64,000 bases of DNA, from positions 4,700-68,699 of the forward strand of contig CAZAEL010000002.1 in NCBI GenBank assembly GCA_964484135.1, read 5' to 3'. Under the pieces are notes generated by a model. The model saw nothing but the letters and a program-made list of their open reading frames with translations, had not been told where the DNA came from and did not search any database. Shown here in pieces: positions 35,267 to 44,980 of the stretch. The stretch is from an uncultured Elusimicrobia bacterium. Its GTDB lineage: Bacteria; Elusimicrobiota; Elusimicrobia; FEN-1173. The stretch's first letter is position 1. Each line of letters begins with the position of its first letter. The position numbers and the translations under genes were made by a program.

Positions 35267-36795
35267 TCATCATCCTTGATTTTGGGTCGCAGTACACGCA
35301 ACTGATCGCCCGCCGCGTGCGGGAGGCCAACGTGTTCTGCGAGATCCATCCTTTCAATTATCCCCTGGAAAAAATTCAAGCGGCCCGGCCGCAAGGCGTC
35401 ATCCTGTCCGGCGGGCCCTCCAGCGTGTACGACAAAAAGGCCCCCAAGTCGGACCCCGGCGTGTTCGACCTGGGCGTGCCGGTGCTGGGCATCTGCTACG
35501 GCCTGCAGCTCATGATCTCCCACTTCGGGGGGCAGGTGACCAGGTCCCCCCGGCGGGAGTACGGGCCCGCGGACATCGAGGTCCTGCAGGGGACCGGCAA
35601 CGGCCTCTTTTCCGGCCTGCCGGAGCGTTTGCCCGTGTGGATGAGCCACGGCGACGCGGCCGAGTCCCTGCCCGCGGCTTTCATGCCCCTGGCGCGGACG
35701 CCCAACGCCCCGTACGCCGCCTTCAAGCACCGGGAGCGGAGCCTGTACGGCGTGCAGTTCCACCCGGAGGTGCACCACACGCCCCAGGGCAAGGACATCC
35801 TGGCCAACTTCCTTTTCAAGATCTGCGGGGTCAAGCCGGACTGGAACATGCGCGACTTCGCGGAGGAGGAGATCCGCAAGGTCCGCCAGCGGGTGGGGAA
35901 GGAAAAGGTGATCCTGGCCCTGTCCGGGGGGGTGGATTCCTCCGTGGCCGCGGCCCTGCTGCACCGGGCCCTGGGCAAACAGCTCATCTGCATCTTCGTG
36001 AACAACGGCCTGCTCCGCGCCGGGGAGGAGGAGCGGGTCCGGGAGGTCTTCGGCTCGGCCCAGGGGTACGTGACGCGCGTGGTGGACGCCCGCCAACGGT
36101 TTTTGAGGAAACTCAAGGGCGTCACCGACCCGGAGAAAAAGCGCAAGATCATCGGCGCCGAGTTCATCGCGGTCTTCGAGGAGCACGCCAAGAAACAAAA
36201 GGGCGTGAGGTTCCTGGCGCAGGGCACGCTGTACCCGGACGTGATCGAGAGCGTGTCCGTGAAGGGCCCCTCCGCCACCATCAAGACCCACCACAACGTG
36301 GGGGGCCTGCCCAAGCGCATGAAGATGGAGCTGGTGGAGCCCCTGCGGTTCCTGTTCAAGGACGAGGTCCGCGCCCTGGGCAAGGAGCTGGGCCTTCCCG
36401 ATGAAATCCTTTTCCGCCAGCCCTTCCCCGGCCCGGGCCTGGCGGTCCGCGTGCTGGGCGAAGTGACGGAGGAGAAGCTCCGCAAGGCGCGGGAGGCGGA
36501 CCTGATCGTGGAGCAGGAGGTCCGCGCCGCGGGCCTGTACCGCAAGCTCTGGCAGTCTTTCGCCGTGCTCCTGCCCGTGAACAGCGTGGGCGTCATGGGG
36601 GACGAGCGCACGTACGAGAACGCCATCGCGGTGCGGGCCGTGAACTCCGTGGACGCCATGACCGCGGACTGGGCCCGCCTGCCGGACCAGGTGCTGGCCA
36701 AGATTTCCTCCCGCATCATCAACGAGGTGCGGGGCGTGAACCGGGTGGTGTACGACATCTCTTCCAAACCGCCTGCCACCATCGAGTGGGAATAA
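35263..36795 (+). CDS. guaA: GMP synthase (glutamine-hydrolysing)
   Basis: [21 protein letters not shown]...GICYGLQLM...SGGVDSSV; 510 aa. Confidence 0.95.
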   Translation: MIIILDFGSQYTQLIARRVREANVFCEIHPFNYPLEKIQAARPQGVILSGGPSSVYDKKAPKSDPGVFDLGVPVLGICYGLQLMISHFGGQVTRSPRREYGPADIEVLQGTGNGLFSGLPERLPVWMSHGDAAESLPAAFMPLARTPNAPYAAFKHRERSLYGVQFHPEVHHTPQGKDILANFLFKICGVKPDWNMRDFAEEEIRKVRQRVGKEKVILALSGGVDSSVAAALLHRALGKQLICIFVNNGLLRAGEEERVREVFGSAQGYVTRVVDARQRFLRKLKGVTDPEKKRKIIGAEFIAVFEEHAKKQKGVRFLAQGTLYPDVIESVSVKGPSATIKTHHNVGGLPKRMKMELVEPLRFLFKDEVRALGKELGLPDEILFRQPFPGPGLAVRVLGEVTEEKLRKAREADLIVEQEVRAAGLYRKLWQSFAVLLPVNSVGVMGDERTYENAIAVRAVNSVDAMTADWARLPDQVLAKISSRIINEVRGVNRVVYDISSKPPATIEWE

Positions 36796-36853
36796 GCGGC
36801 GCCGCCGTCTTCAAGACCGGCGGTTTTTAACGGAAAGGGTCGGGGGACTGAAA

Positions 36854-37747
36854 ATGACGGCGGCGACCGTGGAATCTTCTCTTCCTTTCAAGGTGTGGAC
36901 CCGCGGCAAGGTGCGCGACGTGTACGACCTGGGCGACAAGCTCCTGATCGTGGCCACGGACCGCATCTCGGCCTACGACCACGTCCTGCCCACCCCCATC
37001 CCGGGCAAGGGCATCGTGCTCTGCCAGACCTCCAATTTCTGGTTCGAGCGGCTGAAGTCCGTGTGCCCCAACCACCTGGTGGCCGGGTCGGTGAAGGATT
37101 TTCCGGCGGACATCCGGGACAAGTGCCGGGGCTTGGAAGGGCGGGCCGCGCTGGTGAAGAAGGCCAAGCGCGTGGACATCGAGTGCGTGGTGCGGGGCTA
37201 TCTGGCCGGGTCCGGCTGGAAGGAATACCAGGCGAGCCGGACGGTCTGCGGCATCAAACTGCCGGAGGGCCTCGTGGAATCGGCCAGGCTGCCGGAGCCT
37301 ATCTTCACGCCGGCCACCAAGGAGGAACGGGGCAGGCACGACGAAAACATTTCCTTCGAGCGGATGGCGTCCATCGTGGGCAAGCCCCTGGCCGAAAAGC
37401 TCCGCGACGTCAGCCTGGCGATCTTCAAGGAGGCGTCGAAATACGCCGAGTCCCGCGGCTTCATCCTGGCGGACACCAAGTTCGAGTTCGGCGAGCTGGA
37501 CGGCAAGATCATCCTGATCGACGAGGCGCTGACGCCCGACTCCTCCCGGTACTGGGACGTGACCCTGTACAGCCCCGGGAAGTCCCAGGAGTCCTTCGAC
37601 AAGCAGTTCGTGCGGGATTACCTGAACCGGATCCAATGGAACCGCCAGCCGCCCGCCCCCGCCCTGCCGGCGGACGTGGTGGCCGGCACGCGGCAGAAAT
37701 ACGCGGCCGCGTACGAACGCCTCACCGGCCAAAAGTTCGCGTGGTGA
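36854..37747 (+). CDS. purC: Phosphoribosylaminoimidazole-succinocarboxamide (SAICAR) synthase
   Basis: WTRGKVRDVYDLGDKLLIVATDRISAYD; 297 aa. Confidence 0.9.
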   Translation: MTAATVESSLPFKVWTRGKVRDVYDLGDKLLIVATDRISAYDHVLPTPIPGKGIVLCQTSNFWFERLKSVCPNHLVAGSVKDFPADIRDKCRGLEGRAALVKKAKRVDIECVVRGYLAGSGWKEYQASRTVCGIKLPEGLVESARLPEPIFTPATKEERGRHDENISFERMASIVGKPLAEKLRDVSLAIFKEASKYAESRGFILADTKFEFGELDGKIILIDEALTPDSSRYWDVTLYSPGKSQESFDKQFVRDYLNRIQWNRQPPAPALPADVVAGTRQKYAAAYERLTGQKFAW

Positions 37748-38208
37748 CCTGGCGCGTCCTCGTCCAGTACAAGCCGGGCTTCGCCGATCACCGGGGCAAG
37801 GCCCTGGAAAAGGAGTGGCGGGCCTCCGGCCGCGCGCCCGTGAAAAAAATCCGGACGGGTCAGGCCTATGAGCTGCGCGGGGACTTGGCCGAGGAGGATG
37901 TCCGCCGGCTGGCCGAAAGGCTCCTGGCCGACCCCGTGACCCAGACCGCGGAGGTGGTCCCGGCGGAACGCAGCGCCGCGCCTCGGGGCGTGCGCCGGGC
38001 CGAGGTGTGGCCCAAGGACGGGGTGTCGGACCCCGTGGCGGACACGGTGCGGGTGGGCGCCCGGGACCTGGACCTGACGAGGATCGAGAAGGCCCGGTCC
38101 GGCGCGCTGTACGATTTTTGGGGAGCCCGCTCCGACAAGGACGTCAAGAATTTCTGCGAAAGCTTTCTGATGAACGACCTGGTGCAAAAGGTGGAAATCC
38201 TGTCGTGA
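37744..38208 (+). CDS. purS: FGAM synthase PurS component, tandem-duplicated (two PurS domains, 154 aa); GTG start overlapping the purC stop (GTGA)
   Basis: Both halves (WRVLVQYKPGFADHRGKALEKEW...VRRLAERLLADPVTQTAEVV and EVWPKDGVSDPVADTVRVGARDLDL...VKNFCESFLMNDLVQKVEI) align with the ~80-aa PurS pattern V-V-LK-GV-DP-G ... G ... R-GK-EL ... CE-LLAN-VIE. Confidence 0.65.
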   Translation: MTWRVLVQYKPGFADHRGKALEKEWRASGRAPVKKIRTGQAYELRGDLAEEDVRRLAERLLADPVTQTAEVVPAERSAAPRGVRRAEVWPKDGVSDPVADTVRVGARDLDLTRIEKARSGALYDFWGARSDKDVKNFCESFLMNDLVQKVEILS

Positions 38209-40652
38209 CATCTCCCTCCTCGACCTTGACGCGGGCGGCCCTGCCGGAGTTCCTCCGTCTCGGCGAAAAAGACCTCCTGGCCTTGAGCCGCGAGCGGGGG
38301 TTGTCCCTGTCCGGGGAGGAGATGTCCGCCATCCAGGCCCATTTCCGCAAGGCGGGCCGGCCGCCCACGGAGGCGGAGCTGGAAACCCTGGCCCAGACCT
38401 GGTCCGAGCACTGCAACCACAAGACCTTCCGCGCCGCGATCGAGCACACGGAAAAGGACGAGCTGGGCCTGGAGCGGCGGCGTTCCTATAAAAATTTGCT
38501 CAAGGACACCATCATGCGCGTCACGGAGGAGCTCCGGCGGCCTTGGTGTTTGTCCGTGTTCAAAGACAACGCGGGCATCGTGTCCTTCAACGGCCGGGAC
38601 GCGGTGGCCTTCAAGGTGGAAACCCACAACCATCCTTCGGCCCTGGAGCCGTACGGCGGCTCGGGCACGGGCCTGGGCGGCGTGATCCGGGACGTTCTGG
38701 GCGCGGGACTGGGCGCCCGGCCCATCGCCAACACCGACGTTTTCTGCTTCGCCCCGCTGGAGGAAAACGGAAAAAAGCCGGGGGACTCCGAGGCCCTGCC
38801 CCCGCGCCGCGTCTTCCACGGCGTGGTGTCCGGCGTGCGGGACTACGGCAACCGCATGGGCATCCCCACCGTGAACGGGGCCGTGTACTTCGACGAGGAT
38901 TTCCGCCACAACCCCCTGGTCTTCTGCGGCACCCTGGGCCTCATGCCTGCGTCCGCGGTGCACAAGGAGGTCCGGCCCGGAGACCGCATCGTCATGGCCG
39001 GCGGCCGGGTGGGCCGGGACGGCATCCACGGCGCGACCTTTTCCTCCGACAGCCTCAGTTCCGGCATCCCTTCCAGCGTGGTGCAGATCGGCAACCCCAT
39101 CGTGCAGAAGAAGATGATGGACGTGCTCCTGCGGGCCCGCGACCTGGGTCTGTACCGCGCGGTCACGGACTGCGGCGCGGGCGGCCTGTCCTCGGCCGTG
39201 GGCGAGATGGGCGCGGAGACCGGCGCGGACGTGCGCCTGGAGCGCGTGCCCCTGAAATACGCGGGCCTGGCGCCCTGGGAGATCTGGCTGTCCGAGTCCC
39301 AGGAGCGCATGGTCCTGGCCGTTCCGCCGGAAAAACTGGCCGATCTGCGGGCGCTCTTCGCCGAGGAGGACGTGGAGGCCGCGGACATCGGCGCCTTCAC
39401 GGACAACGGCCTGCTGAAGGTGTCCCACGACGGCGACGTCCTGGTGGAGATGTCCATGGATTTCCTGCACGACGGCGTCCCCAAACGGAATTTGAAGTCC
39501 TTCTGGTCGCCGCCCGACGCGCCGGCGGATTTCATCCCGCCGGCGGGACGCGGGTCGCGCAAATCGTCCCCGGACCTTCACCGGGGCCTGCTGGACGTGT
39601 TGGGCCAGCCCACCGTGGCCAGCAAGGAATGGATCGTGCGCCAGTACGACCATGAGGTGCAAGGCCGCACCGTGCTCAAGCCCCTGGTGGGGCCTCTGTC
39701 CCGCGGGCCCGGCGACGGCGCCGCGCTCCGCCTGGGCCCCCATTCTTACGAAGGCGTGGCCGTGGCCTGCGGACTGAACCCCCATTACAGCCGGTGGGAC
39801 CCATACTGGATGGCGGCGTCGGCCCTGGACGAGGCCGTGCGCAACTTGGTGGCCATGGGGGCCCGGCTGGACCGGATTTCCCTCCTGGACAATTTCTGCG
39901 GCGGCGATCCCCAGGACCCCCGGGCGCTGGGGGAGCTGGTGCGCGCGGCCCAGGCCTGTTACGACATGGCCCGGGCCTACGGCACGCCCTTCGTGTCCGG
40001 CAAGGACAGCCTGCACAACCAGTTCGTGGACCGCGCCACGGGACAAAAGCGCGCCATCCCCACCACCCTGCTCATTTCCGCCATGGCCTGGGTGGAGGAC
40101 GTGCGGAAACTGATCACCATGGATCTGAAACGCTCCGGCAACTGGGTGTACGTCCTGGGTCTGACGCGGGACGAGATGGGCGGCTCCCAGTGGGGCCGCG
40201 TCCTGGGCCTGCGCGCGGGGCGGGTTCCGCGGGTGAACCCCCAGGAGACCCAGCCCCTGTACGAAAAACTGGCGGAGGCGACGGAGCGCGGCTTGGTGGC
40301 CGCCTGCCACGATTGCTCCGAAGGCGGGTTGGGCGCGGCCCTGGCGGAGATGGCGCTGGCCGGCGGCCTGGGGCTTTACGCGGACCTGCGGCGCGTCCCC
40401 GTGCCCGCCGACCTGAAGAACGAGGGCCGCACGGACAAGGCGCTTTTCTCCGAATCCAACGGACGTTTCGTGGCGGAGGTGCCGTCCAAGTCCCGCCGGG
40501 CCTTTGCCGTGCTTATGGAGGGGGTCCCCCTGGCCTGCCTGGGGCAGGTGCGGGAAGGGCCGCGGGTCCAGATGGTGGGGCTGGACGGAAAGGTCCTGTC
40601 CTGGTCCCTGGCCGAGATCGAGAAGGCCTGGGCCGGCGGGGTGAAGCCGTGA
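38205..40652 (+). CDS. purL: Phosphoribosylformylglycinamidine synthase II
   Basis: GTG start overlaps the purS stop; 815 aa with duplicated AIRS/PurM-like halves. Confidence 0.88.
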   Translation: MTSPSSTLTRAALPEFLRLGEKDLLALSRERGLSLSGEEMSAIQAHFRKAGRPPTEAELETLAQTWSEHCNHKTFRAAIEHTEKDELGLERRRSYKNLLKDTIMRVTEELRRPWCLSVFKDNAGIVSFNGRDAVAFKVETHNHPSALEPYGGSGTGLGGVIRDVLGAGLGARPIANTDVFCFAPLEENGKKPGDSEALPPRRVFHGVVSGVRDYGNRMGIPTVNGAVYFDEDFRHNPLVFCGTLGLMPASAVHKEVRPGDRIVMAGGRVGRDGIHGATFSSDSLSSGIPSSVVQIGNPIVQKKMMDVLLRARDLGLYRAVTDCGAGGLSSAVGEMGAETGADVRLERVPLKYAGLAPWEIWLSESQERMVLAVPPEKLADLRALFAEEDVEAADIGAFTDNGLLKVSHDGDVLVEMSMDFLHDGVPKRNLKSFWSPPDAPADFIPPAGRGSRKSSPDLHRGLLDVLGQPTVASKEWIVRQYDHEVQGRTVLKPLVGPLSRGPGDGAALRLGPHSYEGVAVACGLNPHYSRWDPYWMAASALDEAVRNLVAMGARLDRISLLDNFCGGDPQDPRALGELVRAAQACYDMARAYGTPFVSGKDSLHNQFVDRATGQKRAIPTTLLISAMAWVEDVRKLITMDLKRSGNWVYVLGLTRDEMGGSQWGRVLGLRAGRVPRVNPQETQPLYEKLAEATERGLVAACHDCSEGGLGAALAEMALAGGLGLYADLRRVPVPADLKNEGRTDKALFSESNGRFVAEVPSKSRRAFAVLMEGVPLACLGQVREGPRVQMVGLDGKVLSWSLAEIEKAWAGGVKP

Positions 40653-41440
40653 CCGTCAAGGCCCTGGTCCTGCGGTGCGCCGGCACCAACTGCGACGAGG
40701 AAACGGTCTGGGCTTTGAAGGAGGCCGGCGCGGAGCCGGAGCGCGTCCACGTGAACCTGTTCATGGGGGGGCGAAAGGACCTGGGGGACTACGACCTGCT
40801 GGTCATCCCCGGCGGGTTCTCCTACGGCGACGACATCGCCTCCGGCAAGGTCCTGGCCAACCAGCTCTTGTACCGGTTGCGGGAGCCCCTGGAAAAATTC
40901 GTGCTGGCGCGGAAACCCGTCATCGGCATCTGCAACGGTTTTCAAGTCCTGGTCAAATGCGGCCTCCTGCCGGGGCTGGGGGGGTGGGACCCCCGGCTCA
41001 GCGTGACCCTCACGGACAACGACTCCGGCAAGTTCGAGTGCCGGTGGACCTTCCTCAAGGTGGCCAACCGGCGCTGCCTCTTCACCCGCGGCATGCCCGA
41101 AGTGTTCCCTCTGCCCGTGGCCCACGGGGAGGGCAAGTTCGTGCCGGAGTCGGATAAGCTTTATCAGAAACTGCTCAAGAACGGCCAGGTGGTGTTCCGT
41201 TACGTGGACCCCAAGGGCCGGTCCGGCGGGTATCCCTGGAACCCCAACGGCTCCTACCGGGACGTGGCCGGCCTCTGCAACGAGGCCGGGAACGTGCTGG
41301 GCCTCATGCCCCATCCGGAGCGGTACGCCTTCACCCACCAGCACTCCCATTGGACGCGGCTGAAGCCCCTGCCGGAGCAGGGCGTGGGCCTGCAGATTTT
41401 CAAGAACGCGGCGCGGTACGCCGCCCAGGTGAGGAACTGA
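40649..41440 (+). CDS. purQ: Phosphoribosylformylglycinamidine synthase I (glutaminase)
   Basis: VKALVLRCAGTNCDEET...LVIPGGFSYGDD...IGICNGFQVL...HPE. Confidence 0.88.
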   Translation: MTVKALVLRCAGTNCDEETVWALKEAGAEPERVHVNLFMGGRKDLGDYDLLVIPGGFSYGDDIASGKVLANQLLYRLREPLEKFVLARKPVIGICNGFQVLVKCGLLPGLGGWDPRLSVTLTDNDSGKFECRWTFLKVANRRCLFTRGMPEVFPLPVAHGEGKFVPESDKLYQKLLKNGQVVFRYVDPKGRSGGYPWNPNGSYRDVAGLCNEAGNVLGLMPHPERYAFTHQHSHWTRLKPLPEQGVGLQIFKNAARYAAQVRN

Positions 41441-42894
41441 TGACCCAAGGTCTTGCCGAATCTCCCGTGACGATCTCCGGCCCCCGGGGCCTGTACCTCC
41501 AGAACAAGCCGCCGTCGGATTCCCTGCGCGAGGACTGCGGGGTGTTCGGCATCTACAACCACGCGGAAGCGGCCCGGATGGCCTATTTGGGGCTTCACCA
41601 GCTCCAGCACCGGGGCCAGGAGTCCGCGGGGATCGTGACCACCGACGGAAGGCGTTTCTATTCCCACGTCAGCATGGGCCTGGTGGCGGACGTGTTCCGG
41701 CGGCGGACCCTGGACAACCTCAAGGGCCGCACGGCCATCGGCCACGTGCGGTACGGCACGGCCGGCGTGTCGTCCCTGGCCAACGCCCAGCCCCTGGTGG
41801 TCACGGCCGCCCGGGGGCCCCTGGCCCTGGCGCACAACGGCAACCTCACCAACGCCCACCTGCTCCGCCGCCAGCTGGAAAGGCAGGGCTCCATCTTCCA
41901 GACGTCCGCGGACAGCGAGGTGGTCCTGCACCTCATCGCCAAGTCCGCGGCGCGGGACATGGTGTCCGCCTTCCAGGACGCCTTCAGCCAGGTGTACGGC
42001 GCCTATTCCATCCTTTTGCTCACGCCGGAGACGATGTACGCGGTGCGGGACCCTTGGGGCGTGCGGCCCCTGCACATCGGCAAGCTCAACGGGTCCTACG
42101 TGGTGGCCTCGGAGACCTGCGCTTTCGACATCGTGGGGGCGAAGCTGGTGCGGGAGGTGAAACCGGGGGAGATCGCGGCCATCGATGGACGCGGCGTCCG
42201 CACCGTGGCCAACCTGGGCTCCTCCCCCAAGAAGGCCCACTGCGTGTTCGAGTTCGTGTACTTTTCCCGGCCCGACAGCCAGATCTTCGGCCAGAGCGTG
42301 TACCAGGTGCGCCGGGCCCTGGGAAAACAGCTGGCGCGGGAGTCGCCGGCCAGGGCGGACATGGTGGTCGCGGTGCCGGACTCCGCCACCTGCGCGGCCG
42401 TGGGGTTTTCCGAGCAGTCCGGCATCCCCCTGGAGGTGGGGCTCATCCGCAGCCACTACGTGGGCCGCACCTTCATCGAACCCAGGCAGTCCATCCGGGA
42501 CTTCGGCGCCCGCATGAAGCTGAGCGTGGTGCCCGAGGCGGTGCGGGGGAAACGGATCGTGCTCGTGGACGATTCCATCGTGCGCGGCACCACCAGCCGC
42601 AAGCTGGTGCGCATGATCCGCCGGGCCGGCGCCCGGGAGATCCACATGCGCATCTCCTCCCCGCCCATCCTGGGCCCCTGCTTCTACGGCATCGACACGC
42701 CGGAGCGCAAGGAGCTCATCGGCGCCCGGCTTTCGGTGGACAAGATCCGCGATTATCTGAAGGCCGACAGCCTCAAGTATTTAAGTCTGGAAGGCATGCT
42801 CAAGGCCGCGGGCAAGGACCCGGCGGACTTCTGTACCGCCTGCTTCACGGACAAATACCCCATCCCCGTCCGCTTCAACGGCGGCGCGAAATGA
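41440..42894 (+). CDS. purF: Amidophosphoribosyltransferase
   Basis: CGVFGIY (N-terminal nucleophile Cys after propeptide), DSIVRGTT, C-terminal Fe-S cysteines. Confidence 0.9.
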   Translation: MTQGLAESPVTISGPRGLYLQNKPPSDSLREDCGVFGIYNHAEAARMAYLGLHQLQHRGQESAGIVTTDGRRFYSHVSMGLVADVFRRRTLDNLKGRTAIGHVRYGTAGVSSLANAQPLVVTAARGPLALAHNGNLTNAHLLRRQLERQGSIFQTSADSEVVLHLIAKSAARDMVSAFQDAFSQVYGAYSILLLTPETMYAVRDPWGVRPLHIGKLNGSYVVASETCAFDIVGAKLVREVKPGEIAAIDGRGVRTVANLGSSPKKAHCVFEFVYFSRPDSQIFGQSVYQVRRALGKQLARESPARADMVVAVPDSATCAAVGFSEQSGIPLEVGLIRSHYVGRTFIEPRQSIRDFGARMKLSVVPEAVRGKRIVLVDDSIVRGTTSRKLVRMIRRAGAREIHMRISSPPILGPCFYGIDTPERKELIGARLSVDKIRDYLKADSLKYLSLEGMLKAAGKDPADFCTACFTDKYPIPVRFNGGAK

Positions 42895-42956
42895 TCCCAC
42901 CACCTGCCTCGGAACCACTGGTTCCGCCTTTGGCGGAAAGGCAGGTGGTGGGATGA
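42891..42956 (+). repeat. Palindromic bridging element copy 1 (ATGATCCCACCACCTGCC...GGCAGGTGGTGGGATGA) encoding mini-[24 protein letters not shown]
   Basis: 15-bp perfect outer inverted repeat. Inner hairpins GGAACCACTGGTTCC and CGCCTTTGGCG. The mini-ORF ATG overlaps the purF TGA (ATGA) and its TGA overlaps the purD ATG. Confidence 0.7.
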
Positions 42957-44257
42957 ACGTCCTGGTCATTGGTTCCGGAGGCCGCGAGCACGCCCTGACC
43001 TGGGCGCTGAAAAGGAGCCCGTCGGTGAAGGGCCTCTGGTGCGCGCCGGGCAACCCGGGCATGGCGTCCCTGGCCCAATGCGTTCCCTTGGACCCGGCGC
43101 GGCACGAGGACGTGCTGGCCTTCGCCCGGGAGAAAGAAATCGGCCTGGCCGTGATCGGGCCGGAGGCGCCCCTGGTGGACGGCCTGTCGGACGCGCTGCG
43201 GCGGGCCGGCGTCCGCGTGTTCGGCCCGGACCGGGCCGCGGCGCGGCTGGAGGGCAGCAAGATCTTCGCCAAGAAGTTCATGAAAACGCACCGCATCCCC
43301 ACCGCGGACTTCGCCGGCTTTTCGCGGGCCGGGGAGGCCGCGGACTTCGTGAAGTCCGCACGCTGGCCGTCCTCCTGGCGGGTGGTGAAGGCGGACGGGT
43401 TGGCCGCGGGCAAGGGCGTCATGGTCTGCCCGGACCGGGACGCGGTCCTGGAGGCGCTGGACGCGGTCCTGGGGAAAAAGGCCTTCGGCTCGGCGGGCAA
43501 CGAGGCCGTGCTGGAGGAAACCCTGGAGGGGGAGGAGCTGAGCGTCATGGCGCTCTGCGACGGCCGGACCCTCCTGCCGCTCGTCCCGTCCCAGGACCAC
43601 AAGCGGGTCTTCGACGACGACAAGGGGCCCAACACCGGCGGCATGGGCGCGTACGCGCCGGTCCCCCAGGTGTCCGGCGCCCTCTGGGAACGGATCGAAC
43701 GGGAGGTTTTTTCACCCTTCCTCCAGGGGCTGGCCGCGGAGAAGCTGGACTATGCCGGCGTCATCTATTTCGGCCTCATGCTGACGCGGGAAGGCCCCAA
43801 GGTCCTGGAGTTCAACGTGCGGTTCGGCGACCCCGAGACCCAGGTGGTGGTGCCGCTCATCGAGAACGATTGGGCGGAGCTGATGGCCGCCGCGGCGGAG
43901 AAACGCCTGGACCGCGTTTCCCTGAAAAAAAGCCGGGGCGCGGCCCTCTGCGTGGTCCTGGCCTCCGGCGGGTACCCGGGGGCCTTTGAAAAAGGCAAGG
44001 CCATCGAAGGCCTGGAGTCCCTGGCCGGACAAAAGGACGTCCTGGTGTTCCACGCCGGGACCGCTCGCCCGGACCCCGCTGGCCCGGTCCGGACCGCGGG
44101 CGGTCGGGTGCTGGCCGTCACCGCTTTGGCGGCGGACCTGGAGGCGGCCCGCCGCCGGGTCTATGAGGCGGTGGGGAACATCCGTTTCGAAGGGGCCCAT
44201 CACCGCCGGGACATCGGCGCCCGGGCCCTTGGACGCGCCGGCACCGCGGCCCGCTGA
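42953..44257 (+). CDS. purD: Phosphoribosylamine-glycine ligase
   Basis: MNVLVIGSGGREHALTWAL...ATP-grasp; 434 aa. Confidence 0.92.
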   Translation: MNVLVIGSGGREHALTWALKRSPSVKGLWCAPGNPGMASLAQCVPLDPARHEDVLAFAREKEIGLAVIGPEAPLVDGLSDALRRAGVRVFGPDRAAARLEGSKIFAKKFMKTHRIPTADFAGFSRAGEAADFVKSARWPSSWRVVKADGLAAGKGVMVCPDRDAVLEALDAVLGKKAFGSAGNEAVLEETLEGEELSVMALCDGRTLLPLVPSQDHKRVFDDDKGPNTGGMGAYAPVPQVSGALWERIEREVFSPFLQGLAAEKLDYAGVIYFGLMLTREGPKVLEFNVRFGDPETQVVVPLIENDWAELMAAAAEKRLDRVSLKKSRGAALCVVLASGGYPGAFEKGKAIEGLESLAGQKDVLVFHAGTARPDPAGPVRTAGGRVLAVTALAADLEAARRRVYEAVGNIRFEGAHHRRDIGARALGRAGTAAR

Positions 44258-44328
44258 CCGTTTTTTTCCCGCCCAAGCCGTTCCGTTCCCGCTCCAAATT
44301 TGGTTTAATAGGGAGACTCCTCAACCTT

Positions 44329-44343
44329 AACTGAGAGGTTCTG
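44329..44343 (+). promoter_or_regulatory. Candidate PyrR-binding loop (AACUGAGAGGUUCUG) in the pyrR leader; stem AACCU/AGGUU around it
   Basis: CNGAGAGGYU core resembles the conserved PyrR binding-loop motif (UCCNGAGAGGCU); located 15 nt upstream of the pyrR GTG. Confidence 0.25.
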
Positions 44344-44357
44344 AAAGAAAAACCTCC

Positions 44358-44918
44358 GTGACCCCTCCCAAGAAGAAGATCCTCACCCAAACGCAGGTCC
44401 GTTCCGCCATTGAAAAGCTGTCCAAGGGAATTTTCAAGAGGGCGACCGAGCCCAAGGACCAATGGGTGTTGGTGGGCATCCAGCGCCGCGGCGTGCCCCT
44501 GGCCAAGCGCCTGGGGGAGCTCCTGCGGGACCTGGGCGCGCCCGCCCTGCCCGTGGGCACCATGGACATCACCTTCTACCGGGACGACGTGGACGAAGTC
44601 TCCGTCCAGCCCGTGGTCCACGACACCGACATTTCCTTCGACCTGACCGACAAGGTGGTGTTCCTGGTGGACGACGTCCTGTACACCGGGCGCACCATCC
44701 GCTGCGCCCTGGACTCCCTCATGGATTTCGGCCGGCCCAAAAAGGTGTACCTGGTGGTGCTGGTGGACCGGGGCCACCGGGAGCTGCCCATCCAGGCGGA
44801 CTTCGCGGGCGAGACCGTCACCACCCGCGCCCAGGAGCGCGTGGAGGTGCACTTGGAGGAGGTGGACGGCGAGGACGCGGTGTGGGTCGCGTCGGCCCGC
44901 AAGGAGGCGGTGGGATGA
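44358..44918 (+). CDS. pyrR: Bifunctional pyrimidine operon regulator / uracil phosphoribosyltransferase PyrR; GTG start
   Basis: KRLGELL...[19 protein letters not shown] (PRPP-binding motif). Confidence 0.88.
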   Translation: MTPPKKKILTQTQVRSAIEKLSKGIFKRATEPKDQWVLVGIQRRGVPLAKRLGELLRDLGAPALPVGTMDITFYRDDVDEVSVQPVVHDTDISFDLTDKVVFLVDDVLYTGRTIRCALDSLMDFGRPKKVYLVVLVDRGHRELPIQADFAGETVTTRAQERVEVHLEEVDGEDAVWVASARKEAVG

Positions 44919-44980
44919 TCCCATCACCTGCTTCGGAACCGCTGGTTCCGCCTTCGGCGGAAAAACAGGTGATGAGATGA
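44915..44980 (+). repeat. Palindromic bridging element copy 2 (ATGATCCCATCACCTGC...ACAGGTGATGAGATGA) encoding mini-[24 protein letters not shown]
   Basis: Same architecture as copy 1; the mini-ORF ATG overlaps the pyrR TGA and its TGA overlaps the pyrB ATG (44977). Confidence 0.7.

Noticed and set aside
36895-38208. 437-aa + strand ORF spanning purC/purS in another frame; similar long alternative-frame ORFs at 25832..27370, 28427..29668, 43039..43989 and others
   Set aside because: Out-of-frame read-throughs of real genes typical of high-GC sequence; only the terminal part of 36895..38208 (purS, from 37744) is real.
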